The notes under the pieces: generated by a model
Told to the model about the DNA's origin: nothing
What the model saw: the letters and a program-made list of their open reading frames with translations, nothing else
The model's database searches: none
Source: an uncultured cyanobacterium
Lineage (GTDB): Bacteria > Cyanobacteriota > Cyanobacteriia > CAKZMO01
Direction of reading: 5' to 3'
Length of the DNA stretch: 64,000 nucleotides
Assembly (NCBI GenBank): GCA_963719515.1
Contig: CAVRCJ010000008.1
Coordinates: 64,001 to 128,000 of the forward strand
Position numbers and translations under genes: made by a program
In this document: positions 47,307 to 56,824 of the stretch, one piece after another
Layout of the letters: the number at the start of each line of letters is the position of its first letter
Numbering within the stretch: position 1 is the first letter of the stretch

Positions 47307-50300
47307 AGCGCTGCGGCCTGCAAAATCAGCAGCTCGTCGGCCAAGACCTGCAGCGTCTGGCGAATCTGCGCTTCGGTATGCAGGCAGCTAATGAAGAACC
47401 GCAGTCGGGCCGCATCGTAGGGCACCGAGGGGTAGACCATCGGCTGCACGTTGATGCCCTGCTGGAACAGAATGTGGGAGAGCTGTACCGCCTTGCGGGG
47501 TTCGCCCACGATGATGGGCACCACGGGGGAGTCCTGACTAGCCCCAGTGTTGAGACCGTGGGACTGGGCCAACGACAAAAACAGCTGCGAGTTCGCCTGC
47601 ACCTGGGCCACTCGTTCAGGTTCGGCCTGCAGCACCGCCAAGGCGGTCAGCGCCGCAGCGGCATTGGCAGGAGACATGCCGACGCTGAAGATAAATCCCG
47701 GAGCCGTGTATTTGAGGTACTCCACCAGGGCAGAGCAGCCCGCGATATAGCCGCCGCAGCTGGCAAAAGACTTGCTGAGGGTGCCCATCCACAGGTCTAC
47801 TGACCCAGGCGGGACGCCAAAGTGCTCGCCAATGCCCCGCCCTCGCGCCCCCAGCACCCCGATGGAGTGGGCCTCATCCACCAGCAAAAAGGCGTGGTGC
47901 TTCGCCTTGACCCGCACCATGTCGGGCAGGGGCGACAGGTCGCCATCGGTGCTGTACACGCCTTCGATCGCCACCAGCACTTTTTCGTAGTGGCGGCGGT
48001 GCTCATGGAGCAGCTGGTCCAAGGCTTGCCAGTCGTTGTGAGGGAACTCAATGGCGGTAGCCCCAGACAGGTTGCACCCCTCGCGGATGCTGTTGTGGCT
48101 GAGGGCATCGTAGAGAATTAGGTCTTTTTCTTGGAACAGGTGGCCAATGGTCGTGACGTTGGTGGCGTGGCCGCCGATGTAGGCAATGGAAGATTCGGTG
48201 CCCAGGAACTGGGCGATCGCCTGCTCTAGGGCTAAGTGGACCGGGCGCTCCCCTGACACCACGCGGCTGGCGGACACAGAAGTCCCGTACTGGGCGATCG
48301 CGGCCTGGGCGGCGGCATTGACCCTGGGGTCGCCCGACAGTCCTAGGTAGTTGTAGCTGGCGTAGCTGATCAGCGATCGCCCCTGGACCTGGGTGGTGTC
48401 GCGGGCGGTGCCTTCGTGGACCGTGAAGAAGGGATTGCCCAGCAGGCTGAGGCGATCGAGATCTTGGCGGAGGCCGAGGTATTCGGGGGTTTGGTGAAAC
48501 TGGTAGTGGGCTGGAGGGGGCGTATAGGAAGGCGCTGGTTGCAGGGGCGATTTGGGCGCTGCGCCGTTTGTCCCTTGATTGGTGGGGTGGGCAGAGGAGC
48601 CGTTGGCCGGCGGTGGAGTTTTGGGCTGCGGTTGAGGAGTGGGCGGGGCGGTAGGGCGGGGCTCTGAGGCTAAAGGCTCTGAGGCTAAAGGCTCTGAGGC
48701 CGAGGGCGTTGGGGCCGAGGGCAGTGGGGCCGCCGGGAGGTCCAGCGTCGTCGCCAAATGGGCCGCCAGGGCATTGACGGTGGGATAGTCAAAGGCCTGG
48801 GTCTGGGGCACCGGGCGTCCCAGGCTTTTCTGCAGGCGGTTGCTGAACTCCACCGCCATTAGAGAATCCATCCCCAGGTCCCCAAATCGCTCGTTTGGGT
48901 CAATTTGGTTCGGGGCGCTGAAGCCCATGACTTTGGCGAGCTGGGCCTGCAGGTGGGTAGCCAGCAGGGCGACGCGATCTGAGCTGTGGATGAGCTGGTT
49001 GAGAAATTCTGTCGCCCCAGGCGAGTCGGGTCGAATTGGTTTAAGCCCTTTGAGCAGGGATGTTGAGCCGCTCAAGGGACTAGAAGCTACAGTGCGATCG
49101 ACGGGAAGAATGCCGATTTGAGGTTGACCCTGCCCCATGGCGTCTTCAAGCAGCGCCAAGCCGGTCTCAACCGGAATCGCCGTCAGTCCCTGGGCCGCAA
49201 ACCGCCGCTGCTGCTGCTCGCCTAGCCGCGCTGCCATACCCACCTCAGCCCAAGGCCCCCAGTCGAGGCTGAGGGCCGGCAGGCCCAAGCTGGCGCGGTG
49301 GTGGGCGATCGCATCGAGAAAGGCGTTGGCGGCGGCGTAGCTGCCCTGACCGGGGGAGCCGACGAGGGCAGCCATGGAGGAAAAGCAGACGAAGTGGTCC
49401 AAGTCCACGGCCTGGGTGAGCTGGTGCAGATTCCAGGCTCCCGCCACTTTAGGGGCCATTACCGCCGCCATCCGCTCCCAAGACTGGTTGACCAGCAGGC
49501 CGTCATCTAAGGTACCCGCCAGGTGGAATACGCCCTTGAGCGGCGGCGCTACCGCAGCTAGGCAGGGCGCGATCGCCGCTTTTAGGGCGCTCAAATCCGC
49601 TACGTCGGCCTGAAGGATTTGAACGCTAACGCCCTGGCCCTCTAGCCGCTGAATAGTCTGCTGTGCGTCTTCTGAGGGCGATGGCCCTGACGGACCGGTC
49701 CGAGACCCACGCCGTCCCAGCAGCGTCAGATGGCGCGCCCCCTGTTCCGCCAGCCACTCCGCCAGCCGCAGCCCCAACGATCCTAGCCCCCCAGTAACCA
49801 GGTAGGCGGCATCAGCGCGAATCAGCGGAGCAGCGGGGGGAACCGCCGGCAGCATCAGCACCACCTTACCCACATGCCTCGCCTGGGCCATGTAGCGAAA
49901 GGCGTCTGGAGCCGACTGAATGGGGAACACCGTTTTAGGCAGCGGGGAGAGCGTCCCGGACTTAAACTGCGCCATTAGGGCTTTGAGAATGTCTGCAATT
50001 AGGGGGGGGTTGTCTCGGGAGACCTCCAGCAGGTCAAAGGGGAAGTAGGCCACATCGGGCCGTACCTGCCCCATCTGCTCGGCGTCCCAGATGCCAATCT
50101 TGCCAATTTCAACAAACCGTCCCTCGGAGGCCAGGGCCGCCAGGCTTTTGGCGATCGCCTCTCCGTTGAGGCTGTTGAGCACCACGTCGACCCCCTTTCC
50201 CGCCGTTGCCGCCAGCAGCTCGTCGGCGAAGTCTAGGGTGCGGGAGTTCATGACCGGCACCCCCATAGCCCGCAGCACGGGCCACTTCGGCGGACTTGCG

Positions 50301-53300
50301 GTGGCAAACACCTCCGCCCCCAGGGAGTGGGCCACCTGGACCGCCGCCTGCCCGACTCCCCCCGCCGCCGCATGAATGAGGACGCGATCGCCTGCCTTTA
50401 GCTGCGCCAGGTGAACCAGCCCGTAGTAGGCCGTGAGGAACGTCGTGGGTAGGGTCGCCGCTTCTGCAAAGCTCAGAGTATCGGGCTTGGCGATGACGAA
50501 GTCGGTGGACGTCGTCACAAACTGACTCAGGCTGCCCATGGTTTGGGCGACAATTACCGCCTCCCCAACCTCTAGGGTGGTGACGCCTGCGCCAACCGCC
50601 GTCACAACGCCCGCACATTCGCCGCCAAACGGAACGTCAGCAGCGGTGGCAAACCCCATTGCCTCCGCCACAGTCTGCAGCAGCCCCAGGGCGTTTAGCA
50701 CATCTCTAAAGTTGAGCCCTGACGCCTTCACCTGAACCTCCACCTCCCCGGCTTGAGGCGATCGCCGCTGGCTGGGTACTAGCGCTAAGTTATCGAGGAC
50801 GCCGTAGCTAGACAGCCCCAGGCGAAACGACGCGGCGTCAGGAATTGCGGCTTTGGGGGGAGTGCAGGGCAGCAGCCGCGCTACAAAGCGCTTGTCCTGG
50901 CGGTAGGCGATCTCGTCCTCCCCGTCACCATGCTGCAGGTCTGCCAGCAGCAGCGCCATCGTCTCCGGCGTGAGCAAGTCGGGCAAGTCGACGCTGGTGC
51001 AGCCCCAGCTGGGGTGCTCTTGGCGCAGGGTGCGGGCCAGCCCCCAGAGGGTTGTCTGAGACAGATGCAGCGGCGACGGGGCTTCTACGGCCTGGGCGGC
51101 TTGGGTGACCAGCCATAGGCGCAGAGGCTGGTCATTCTGGTCATTCTGATAATTAGAGAAAAGGCCAGCCATCGACTGCAGGAGGCGCATCAGGCTGCCG
51201 CAGCTTTGCTCCTGGGCGGCCAAGCTTCCCGGCGACTCTGGGCTGCGGCCCAGTCCCCAAAGGTAAAGCAGTCGAATCGGCTGGCCGGCGCTCACGGGTT
51301 CAATGCGCGCCTGCAGCTGCTGAAAGGCATCAGGCGCTTTAGGGTCGAGGCTGTAGATATCCTCCGACGGCTGAGCGCCCCCCGGCATCACCACCAGGCA
51401 GCGATCGCCCTGTGCCTCTAAGGCCGCGCCAATTTGCGCCCCAACGCTCTTGCGGCCCGCTTGCGGCGCATCGGCAAAAATGAGCCAGGTGTGTGCCTTT
51501 ATTGGAGGCTTGGTTGGACTGGCTGAAGACAGGTTGGGCTGCAGCTGCCATAAAAGCTGGTAGCGCCAGTCTGCATGGGATGGAGCGGTAGGTGCGGTGG
51601 GTGACGAGGTCGTGGGCGATACCGTCGTGGGTGATACCGTCGTGAGCGGTGGCGTCGTGGGCCATGGGGCCGTCGGTGCCAATAGCCGAGCCAAGGACTC
51701 CCGACTGACGTACCTCAGGGTTAACCCCGTCACCTGAGCGGCGATCGCCCCGCTGTCATCCCAAAGCGCCAGGTCAGCCTTCAGCACCTTGGGGGGAGAC
51801 CCGTTAGCGCCGCCGCTAAGTTCACCACGCGTCGCCCCAAGCCAGACGCCGCACCAGCCCGACGCCCCCAAAGCGTGATGGACCTGAAGCGCCTCAACGC
51901 CAATAGGCAAGTAGGTTCCCGATAGATTCGACCCGACCGACCCAATCGTCTGAAAGGCCGCGTCGAGCAGCACAGGATGCAGGCAATAGCCCTGAACCTC
52001 AACGCCCTGTGGACAGCAAATTTGGCTTAGGGCCTGGCTGCCGCGCTGCCAGAGCTGCTGAATGCCGCGAAAGGCGGGTCCGTAGTGCAGCCCCTGGTCC
52101 GCAAGGGCCTGGTAGTAGGCCGCTGGGTCTATGGGGTAGGGCTGTAGGGCGGCCTGAAGGCTGGCGAGGGGTGCGGCATTAAAAGCGGCATCGCGGCTCA
52201 GGGTGGCGGCGCTGTGGCGCGTGTGGCTCTCCGCAGAAAAACTTTTTTCAGAGAAGCTGTAGATCTGCAGCGTCGCCGCGTCGCCGTCGGGCGTCAGCAC
52301 CAGCTGCAGGTCCGTTGGCTGCTCAGATAGGCGCAGCGGCTGCTCAATAGTCACATCCCGCAGCGAGAGCGGAGTGGATGACCATTGCAGTCCAGCGGCG
52401 ATCGCCATCTCTAAGTAGGCCGCGCCGGGAAAGATAGCCTGACCCGCCACGCAGTGGTCGGCCAAATAGCGGGGAGACTGCACGCTGAGCTGGGCTTGAA
52501 AGCGCTGCTGCTGGGTCCCTGCCAAAGGAAGGCGGCTGCCCAAAAGGGGATGCCCGGCGCTGAGCAAAGATAGCCCCGGCGAGGCCGCCCCGGAAGTCTT
52601 TGCCCCAGCCCACCAGTAGCGCTGCCGCTGAAAGGGATAGGGGGGCAGCGACACAGGCGGGCAATTGGCCACCACTGCCGCCCAGTCCAGCATCGCCCCC
52701 CGCTCGTACAGCTTCGCTAAGCTGCTTAACATCATTGCGTCCTCGGGCAGTTCCGGCCGCAGGCTTGGCAGCCACGCAGCGTCTGACTGCGGCAGACACC
52801 CCAGCCCCATGCCGAGCAAGATAGGCTTGGCCCCCAGCTCCAGGAAGCAAGGCCTGGTCTTGGTCTGCTCGTGGAGGGCGGTCATCGCCTCTAGAAACCG
52901 CACCGGCTCCCGCACATGGCGCACCCAGTAGTCAGGCGTGGCGATTTCGTCAGTGATTAATGTGCCGGTTAACGTGGAAAATAGCGGCACCTCGGGAGTG
53001 CTATAGCGCACTGACTCCGCGACCTCGCGAAATGCCCCTACCATCGGCTCCATCAGGGGAGAGTGAAAGGCGTGGGAGACCCGCAGCGGCCTGCAGTCTA
53101 GCCCCTTAGCCTCTAGCACTTCCACCGCCGCGTCAAACGCCGCTGGCTCGCCCGATATCACCGTATTTTCAGGGCCGTTGGTGGCCGCAATGGCCACTAC
53201 ACCCTCGAAGGGCGCGATCGCCGCCGCCACAGCCTGCGCCGCGGCCCGCACCGCCGCCATCTTGCCCCCCGGCAGCGCCTGCATCAGCCGTCCCCGCGTT

Positions 53301-55282
53301 GCCACCAGCTTCAGGGCATCTTCCAGGCTAAATACCCCCGCTACGCAGGCCGCCACGTACTCCCCCACGCTGTGCCCCAAAACCGCAGATGGGCGAATGC
53401 CCCAAGAGAGCCACAGCTGCGCTAGGGCGTACTCCAGGGCAAAGAGAGACGGCTGGGTGTTGAGGGTTTGCTCCAGCTGCTTCTCCGCAGCGGCAGCATG
53501 GCTGTCTGGATACAGAATCTCCAGCAGCGGCACGGGCAGCAGGTCGGCGCACCGCTGCAGCGCTTTGCGGAAGACCGGCTGGCTATTGTAGAGTTCGCGG
53601 CCCATACCGACGGACTGGGAGCCCTGGCCCGTGAACAGGAACGCGATAGCGGGCGTTGTCGCGGCTGTCGCGAGAGGGACCTCCTCAGCCGGCCAAGCCT
53701 GCAGCTGCTGCCGCAGAACTGCGGCAGACTCGGCGACAAAAGCCGCCCGGTGGGCAAAGTGCGATCGCCTGCGGGCTGCCGTGGCGCACGCCGCCGCTAG
53801 CGCTGTATCGGGGACGTCTTTGAGCCAGGTTTCGTACCGTTGAATCAGAGCTTTTAGCCCAGTCCGGCTCTTTGCAGAGAGGGGCAGAATCTGGGCTGCA
53901 GGCGGCTGAGAGGGGGGCAATTCGCCTTCGAATGAGCCTCCACCCAGCTCTCGCTCCCCCTTATCCGACTGAGCGCTGGCCAGCACGACGTGGGCGTTCG
54001 TGCCCCCAAAGCCAAAGGAGTTTACCCCAATGTAGGTCTGAGGGCAGGGTAGTGTTTCTTGAGGTAAAGGCTCTAGCCCCGTCTGCACCCTTAGCCCTAG
54101 CCGCTCGAAGTCGATGGCCGGATTGGGCTGGCTGAAGTGCAGGTTGGGGGGAATCTGGCGGTGGTGCAGCATCAGCGCCGCTTTGATTACTCCGGCGACC
54201 CCGGCAGCGGTTTCCGTATGGCCAATGTTGGTCTTCACCGAGCCGATGCGGCAGGGACTGTCGGGCGATCGCCCTTCTGAGAGCACCGCCCCCAGCGCCT
54301 GGGCCTCCACGGGGTCTCCTATTTTGGTACCGGTGCCGTGGGCCTCTACATAGGCGACCTGGGCCGGGTCCACCCCCGCCCGCCGGTAGGCTTCCCGCAG
54401 CACGGCTTCCTGGGCCTTGGGGTTGGGAGCCGCCATCCCCTGGCTAAATCCGTCTTGGTTGACGGCGCTGCCCTGAATCACCGCATAGACCCGGTCACCA
54501 TCGGCCACCGCCTGGGCCAAAGGCTTGAGTACCACCAGCCCCGCCCCCTCGCCGCGCACGTAGCCATCAGCGCTGGCGTCAAAGCTCTTACAGCGCCCGC
54601 TGCCCGACATAAAGCCACCCTTAGAGAAGCCCATGGTGACGGTGGAGAGCAGCAGCGCGTTCACCCCTCCGGCGATCGCCATATCAGACTCCCCATTCCA
54701 CAGGCTCTGGCAGGCCAGATGCAGGGCTACTAGGGACGAGGAGCAAGCGGTGTCAACGGCGAGGCTCGGCCCTTTGAAGTCAAATAAGTAGGAGATACGG
54801 TTGGCGGCGATGCAGTTGCCGGTGCCCGTGGTGGCGTAAGGCTCGTTCACCGGCTGCTGCCACAGCATGATGGAGTAGTCGTGGGTGCCAATGCCGATAA
54901 AGACCCCGGTTTTTGAGCCTCGCAGGCGATCGGGCACTTCCCCCGCGTCCTCCAGCGCTTCCCAGGTCACCTCTAGCAGCAGCCGCTGCTGCGGGTCCAT
55001 GGTGGCCGCTTCTCGAGGGGCGATGCCGAAGAACTGCGGGTCGAACTGGTCGATCTGCTCGAGGAAGCCGCCCCAGCGCGTGTTCATCTTGTTGGGCACC
55101 GCGGGGTCTGGGTCGTAAACCGAATCTACGGCCCAGCGGGAGGGGGGCACCTCGCTTACCCCGTCGACGCCATTGCAGAGCAGCTGCCAAAAAGCGTCGG
55201 GCGCGTCAGCCCCCCCCGGATAGCGACACCCGATACCAGTGATTGCGATGGGTGCGGGTGGTGTGGGCTGTTGCAGGGTCAT
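47303..55282 (-). CDS. type I PKS KS-AT-DH-ER-KR-ACP fused to a PLP alpha-oxoamine synthase (AONS/SPT-like) domain
   Basis: KS DTACSSS/EAHGTGT/NIGHTE; AT GHSVG + HAFH; DH DHCVAGQAIFP; ER IHAAAGGVG; KR TGGLGSLG/LDD/YAAAN; ACP GMDSL; AOS SYNYLGL, SHNSI, EGVYSTDGD, DEAHSIG, GTLSKS, RLRF. Confidence 0.95.
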   Translation of the reverse strand: MTLQQPTPPAPIAITGIGCRYPGGADAPDAFWQLLCNGVDGVSEVPPSRWAVDSVYDPDPAVPNKMNTRWGGFLEQIDQFDPQFFGIAPREAATMDPQQRLLLEVTWEALEDAGEVPDRLRGSKTGVFIGIGTHDYSIMLWQQPVNEPYATTGTGNCIAANRISYLFDFKGPSLAVDTACSSSLVALHLACQSLWNGESDMAIAGGVNALLLSTVTMGFSKGGFMSGSGRCKSFDASADGYVRGEGAGLVVLKPLAQAVADGDRVYAVIQGSAVNQDGFSQGMAAPNPKAQEAVLREAYRRAGVDPAQVAYVEAHGTGTKIGDPVEAQALGAVLSEGRSPDSPCRIGSVKTNIGHTETAAGVAGVIKAALMLHHRQIPPNLHFSQPNPAIDFERLGLRVQTGLEPLPQETLPCPQTYIGVNSFGFGGTNAHVVLASAQSDKGERELGGGSFEGELPPSQPPAAQILPLSAKSRTGLKALIQRYETWLKDVPDTALAAACATAARRRSHFAHRAAFVAESAAVLRQQLQAWPAEEVPLATAATTPAIAFLFTGQGSQSVGMGRELYNSQPVFRKALQRCADLLPVPLLEILYPDSHAAAAEKQLEQTLNTQPSLFALEYALAQLWLSWGIRPSAVLGHSVGEYVAACVAGVFSLEDALKLVATRGRLMQALPGGKMAAVRAAAQAVAAAIAPFEGVVAIAATNGPENTVISGEPAAFDAAVEVLEAKGLDCRPLRVSHAFHSPLMEPMVGAFREVAESVRYSTPEVPLFSTLTGTLITDEIATPDYWVRHVREPVRFLEAMTALHEQTKTRPCFLELGAKPILLGMGLGCLPQSDAAWLPSLRPELPEDAMMLSSLAKLYERGAMLDWAAVVANCPPVSLPPYPFQRQRYWWAGAKTSGAASPGLSLLSAGHPLLGSRLPLAGTQQQRFQAQLSVQSPRYLADHCVAGQAIFPGAAYLEMAIAAGLQWSSTPLSLRDVTIEQPLRLSEQPTDLQLVLTPDGDAATLQIYSFSEKSFSAESHTRHSAATLSRDAAFNAAPLASLQAALQPYPIDPAAYYQALADQGLHYGPAFRGIQQLWQRGSQALSQICCPQGVEVQGYCLHPVLLDAAFQTIGSVGSNLSGTYLPIGVEALQVHHALGASGWCGVWLGATRGELSGGANGSPPKVLKADLALWDDSGAIAAQVTGLTLRYVSRESLARLLAPTAPWPTTPPLTTVSPTTVSPTTSSPTAPTAPSHADWRYQLLWQLQPNLSSASPTKPPIKAHTWLIFADAPQAGRKSVGAQIGAALEAQGDRCLVVMPGGAQPSEDIYSLDPKAPDAFQQLQARIEPVSAGQPIRLLYLWGLGRSPESPGSLAAQEQSCGSLMRLLQSMAGLFSNYQNDQNDQPLRLWLVTQAAQAVEAPSPLHLSQTTLWGLARTLRQEHPSWGCTSVDLPDLLTPETMALLLADLQHGDGEDEIAYRQDKRFVARLLPCTPPKAAIPDAASFRLGLSSYGVLDNLALVPSQRRSPQAGEVEVQVKASGLNFRDVLNALGLLQTVAEAMGFATAADVPFGGECAGVVTAVGAGVTTLEVGEAVIVAQTMGSLSQFVTTSTDFVIAKPDTLSFAEAATLPTTFLTAYYGLVHLAQLKAGDRVLIHAAAGGVGQAAVQVAHSLGAEVFATASPPKWPVLRAMGVPVMNSRTLDFADELLAATAGKGVDVVLNSLNGEAIAKSLAALASEGRFVEIGKIGIWDAEQMGQVRPDVAYFPFDLLEVSRDNPPLIADILKALMAQFKSGTLSPLPKTVFPIQSAPDAFRYMAQARHVGKVVLMLPAVPPAAPLIRADAAYLVTGGLGSLGLRLAEWLAEQGARHLTLLGRRGSRTGPSGPSPSEDAQQTIQRLEGQGVSVQILQADVADLSALKAAIAPCLAAVAPPLKGVFHLAGTLDDGLLVNQSWERMAAVMAPKVAGAWNLHQLTQAVDLDHFVCFSSMAALVGSPGQGSYAAANAFLDAIAHHRASLGLPALSLDWGPWAEVGMAARLGEQQQRRFAAQGLTAIPVETGLALLEDAMGQGQPQIGILPVDRTVASSPLSGSTSLLKGLKPIRPDSPGATEFLNQLIHSSDRVALLATHLQAQLAKVMGFSAPNQIDPNERFGDLGMDSLMAVEFSNRLQKSLGRPVPQTQAFDYPTVNALAAHLATTLDLPAAPLPSAPTPSASEPLASEPLASEPRPTAPPTPQPQPKTPPPANGSSAHPTNQGTNGAAPKSPLQPAPSYTPPPAHYQFHQTPEYLGLRQDLDRLSLLGNPFFTVHEGTARDTTQVQGRSLISYASYNYLGLSGDPRVNAAAQAAIAQYGTSVSASRVVSGERPVHLALEQAIAQFLGTESSIAYIGGHATNVTTIGHLFQEKDLILYDALSHNSIREGCNLSGATAIEFPHNDWQALDQLLHEHRRHYEKVLVAIEGVYSTDGDLSPLPDMVRVKAKHHAFLLVDEAHSIGVLGARGRGIGEHFGVPPGSVDLWMGTLSKSFASCGGYIAGCSALVEYLKYTAPGFIFSVGMSPANAAAALTALAVLQAEPERVAQVQANSQLFLSLAQSHGLNTGASQDSPVVPIIVGEPRKAVQLSHILFQQGINVQPMVYPSVPYDAARLRFFISCLHTEAQIRQTLQVLADELLILQAAAL

Positions 55283-55506
55283 AGGTGGATAACTTGACGT
55301 CAACGCTGTGTTAGTCGTGTTAAGTGTTAGTTGTGTTAAGTCCCGCGTTTCGTTCCGCGCTGGCTTAATCAGTGTGAATCGCTATCGATTGGGCTTTTAA
55401 GTAATTAAACTGAAACTTCGGGTGTGTCAAGCTACGGCAAGACCCCGCCGACCACAGCACCCCGTTCCAAGCCAATTCTTGCTCCCAGCTAATCTCCCAG
55501 CTAATC

Positions 55507-56811
55507 ATGTTTCAAGCCACCCGCAGGCGGCTCGCCCTTTGGTATACCGGCGTCACCGCCGTACTCCTCCTCCTGTTCGCCACCGGCTTTTACCTCTACG
55601 TCCGCCACACCCTCGTCGAGCGGGTCGATGATACCCTCAACCACGTCATCGAAGTCGTCCAGCGATCGCTCGTCATTGAGCCCGACGGGCCCCTAGAGGC
55701 CTCCCAGCTGCACATCAACATCGACGCTAGCTTTCGCAACAAGGCTCAGTCCGTGGAGGATGACCGCATTGACCTTGAGTGGTTCGGCCCTACCGGAACG
55801 CTAGAGTGGTCTACCCTAGAGCAGCCCCTGGCTGTCCCCATCCACCTAAACCCCAACGGCGAAACGGTGTACATCACCGACGACCTGCTGCTGCGGCAGA
55901 TTACCCAGCGCATTCAGGTGGGCCGACAGGTGCTGGGCTATCTGCGGGTGAGCCACCCCTGGTTTGAGGTCACCAAGCCCATCCGCCAGCTGACTGTAGA
56001 CTTAGCGATTGGCACCACGCTGACCCTAGGGGTTGTCGCCGGCATTGGCTGGCTTCTTTCCGGCCTCGCCATGCAGCCCATCCGCCATTCCTACCACCAG
56101 CTTAAGCAGTTCACCGCCGACGCCTCCCACGAGCTGCGCAACCCCATCGCCGTGATTCAAACCAATGTCCAGGTGGCCCTCGCCGACCCGGACCCGGACC
56201 CGCAGCAGCAGGAGGCCCAGTTTCGGGTGGTTGAGCGCGTTACCCGGCGGCTGGGTCGCCTAGTGGACGACCTGCTGTTTTTGGCCCGGCAGGAAAGTGG
56301 TATCGACCAGCAGGCGGCGCAGCCCGTCTCCCTCTACGCCCTGCTCAACGACGTGCTGGACGAGCAGCAGGCGATCGCCGTTGAGCAAGGAGTCACCCTG
56401 ACGCTAGCGCCCAATGAAGAGAGCCCCTATCCCGCGACGCCGCTGTGCTGGGTGGAGGGCGATCGCGACCAGCTAGCGCGGCTGTTCACTAACCTGATTG
56501 GCAACGGGCTGCAGTACACGCCAGCAGGGGGAGCGGTGGCGGTGCAGCTAGACCTGCTCTCCGATGCGGTGCGGGTTGAGGTGAGCGATACGGGCATCGG
56601 CATCTCTGCGGAAGACCTGCCCCATATCTTTGACCGGTTTTACCGGGCTAGCGTCCGAGCCAGTCAGCTGTCCCGCAGTGCCCAAACGGGAACCGGACTC
56701 GGTCTGGCGATCGCCAAGGCCATTGTGGAAAACCATCGCGGCCAGATTGACGTTGGCAACAGCGCCAAGGGAGCGATGTTTACCGTCAAGCTGCCTTTGA
56801 GCGATCGCTAA
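55507..56811 (+). CDS. membrane sensor histidine kinase
   Basis: Two TMs, FTADASHELRNP, LFTNLIGNGLQYT, VSDTGIGI, IFDRFYR, GTGLGLAI. Confidence 0.93.
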   Translation: MFQATRRRLALWYTGVTAVLLLLFATGFYLYVRHTLVERVDDTLNHVIEVVQRSLVIEPDGPLEASQLHINIDASFRNKAQSVEDDRIDLEWFGPTGTLEWSTLEQPLAVPIHLNPNGETVYITDDLLLRQITQRIQVGRQVLGYLRVSHPWFEVTKPIRQLTVDLAIGTTLTLGVVAGIGWLLSGLAMQPIRHSYHQLKQFTADASHELRNPIAVIQTNVQVALADPDPDPQQQEAQFRVVERVTRRLGRLVDDLLFLARQESGIDQQAAQPVSLYALLNDVLDEQQAIAVEQGVTLTLAPNEESPYPATPLCWVEGDRDQLARLFTNLIGNGLQYTPAGGAVAVQLDLLSDAVRVEVSDTGIGISAEDLPHIFDRFYRASVRASQLSRSAQTGTGLGLAIAKAIVENHRGQIDVGNSAKGAMFTVKLPLSDR

Positions 56812-56824
56812 AGGGGTTCGCCCC

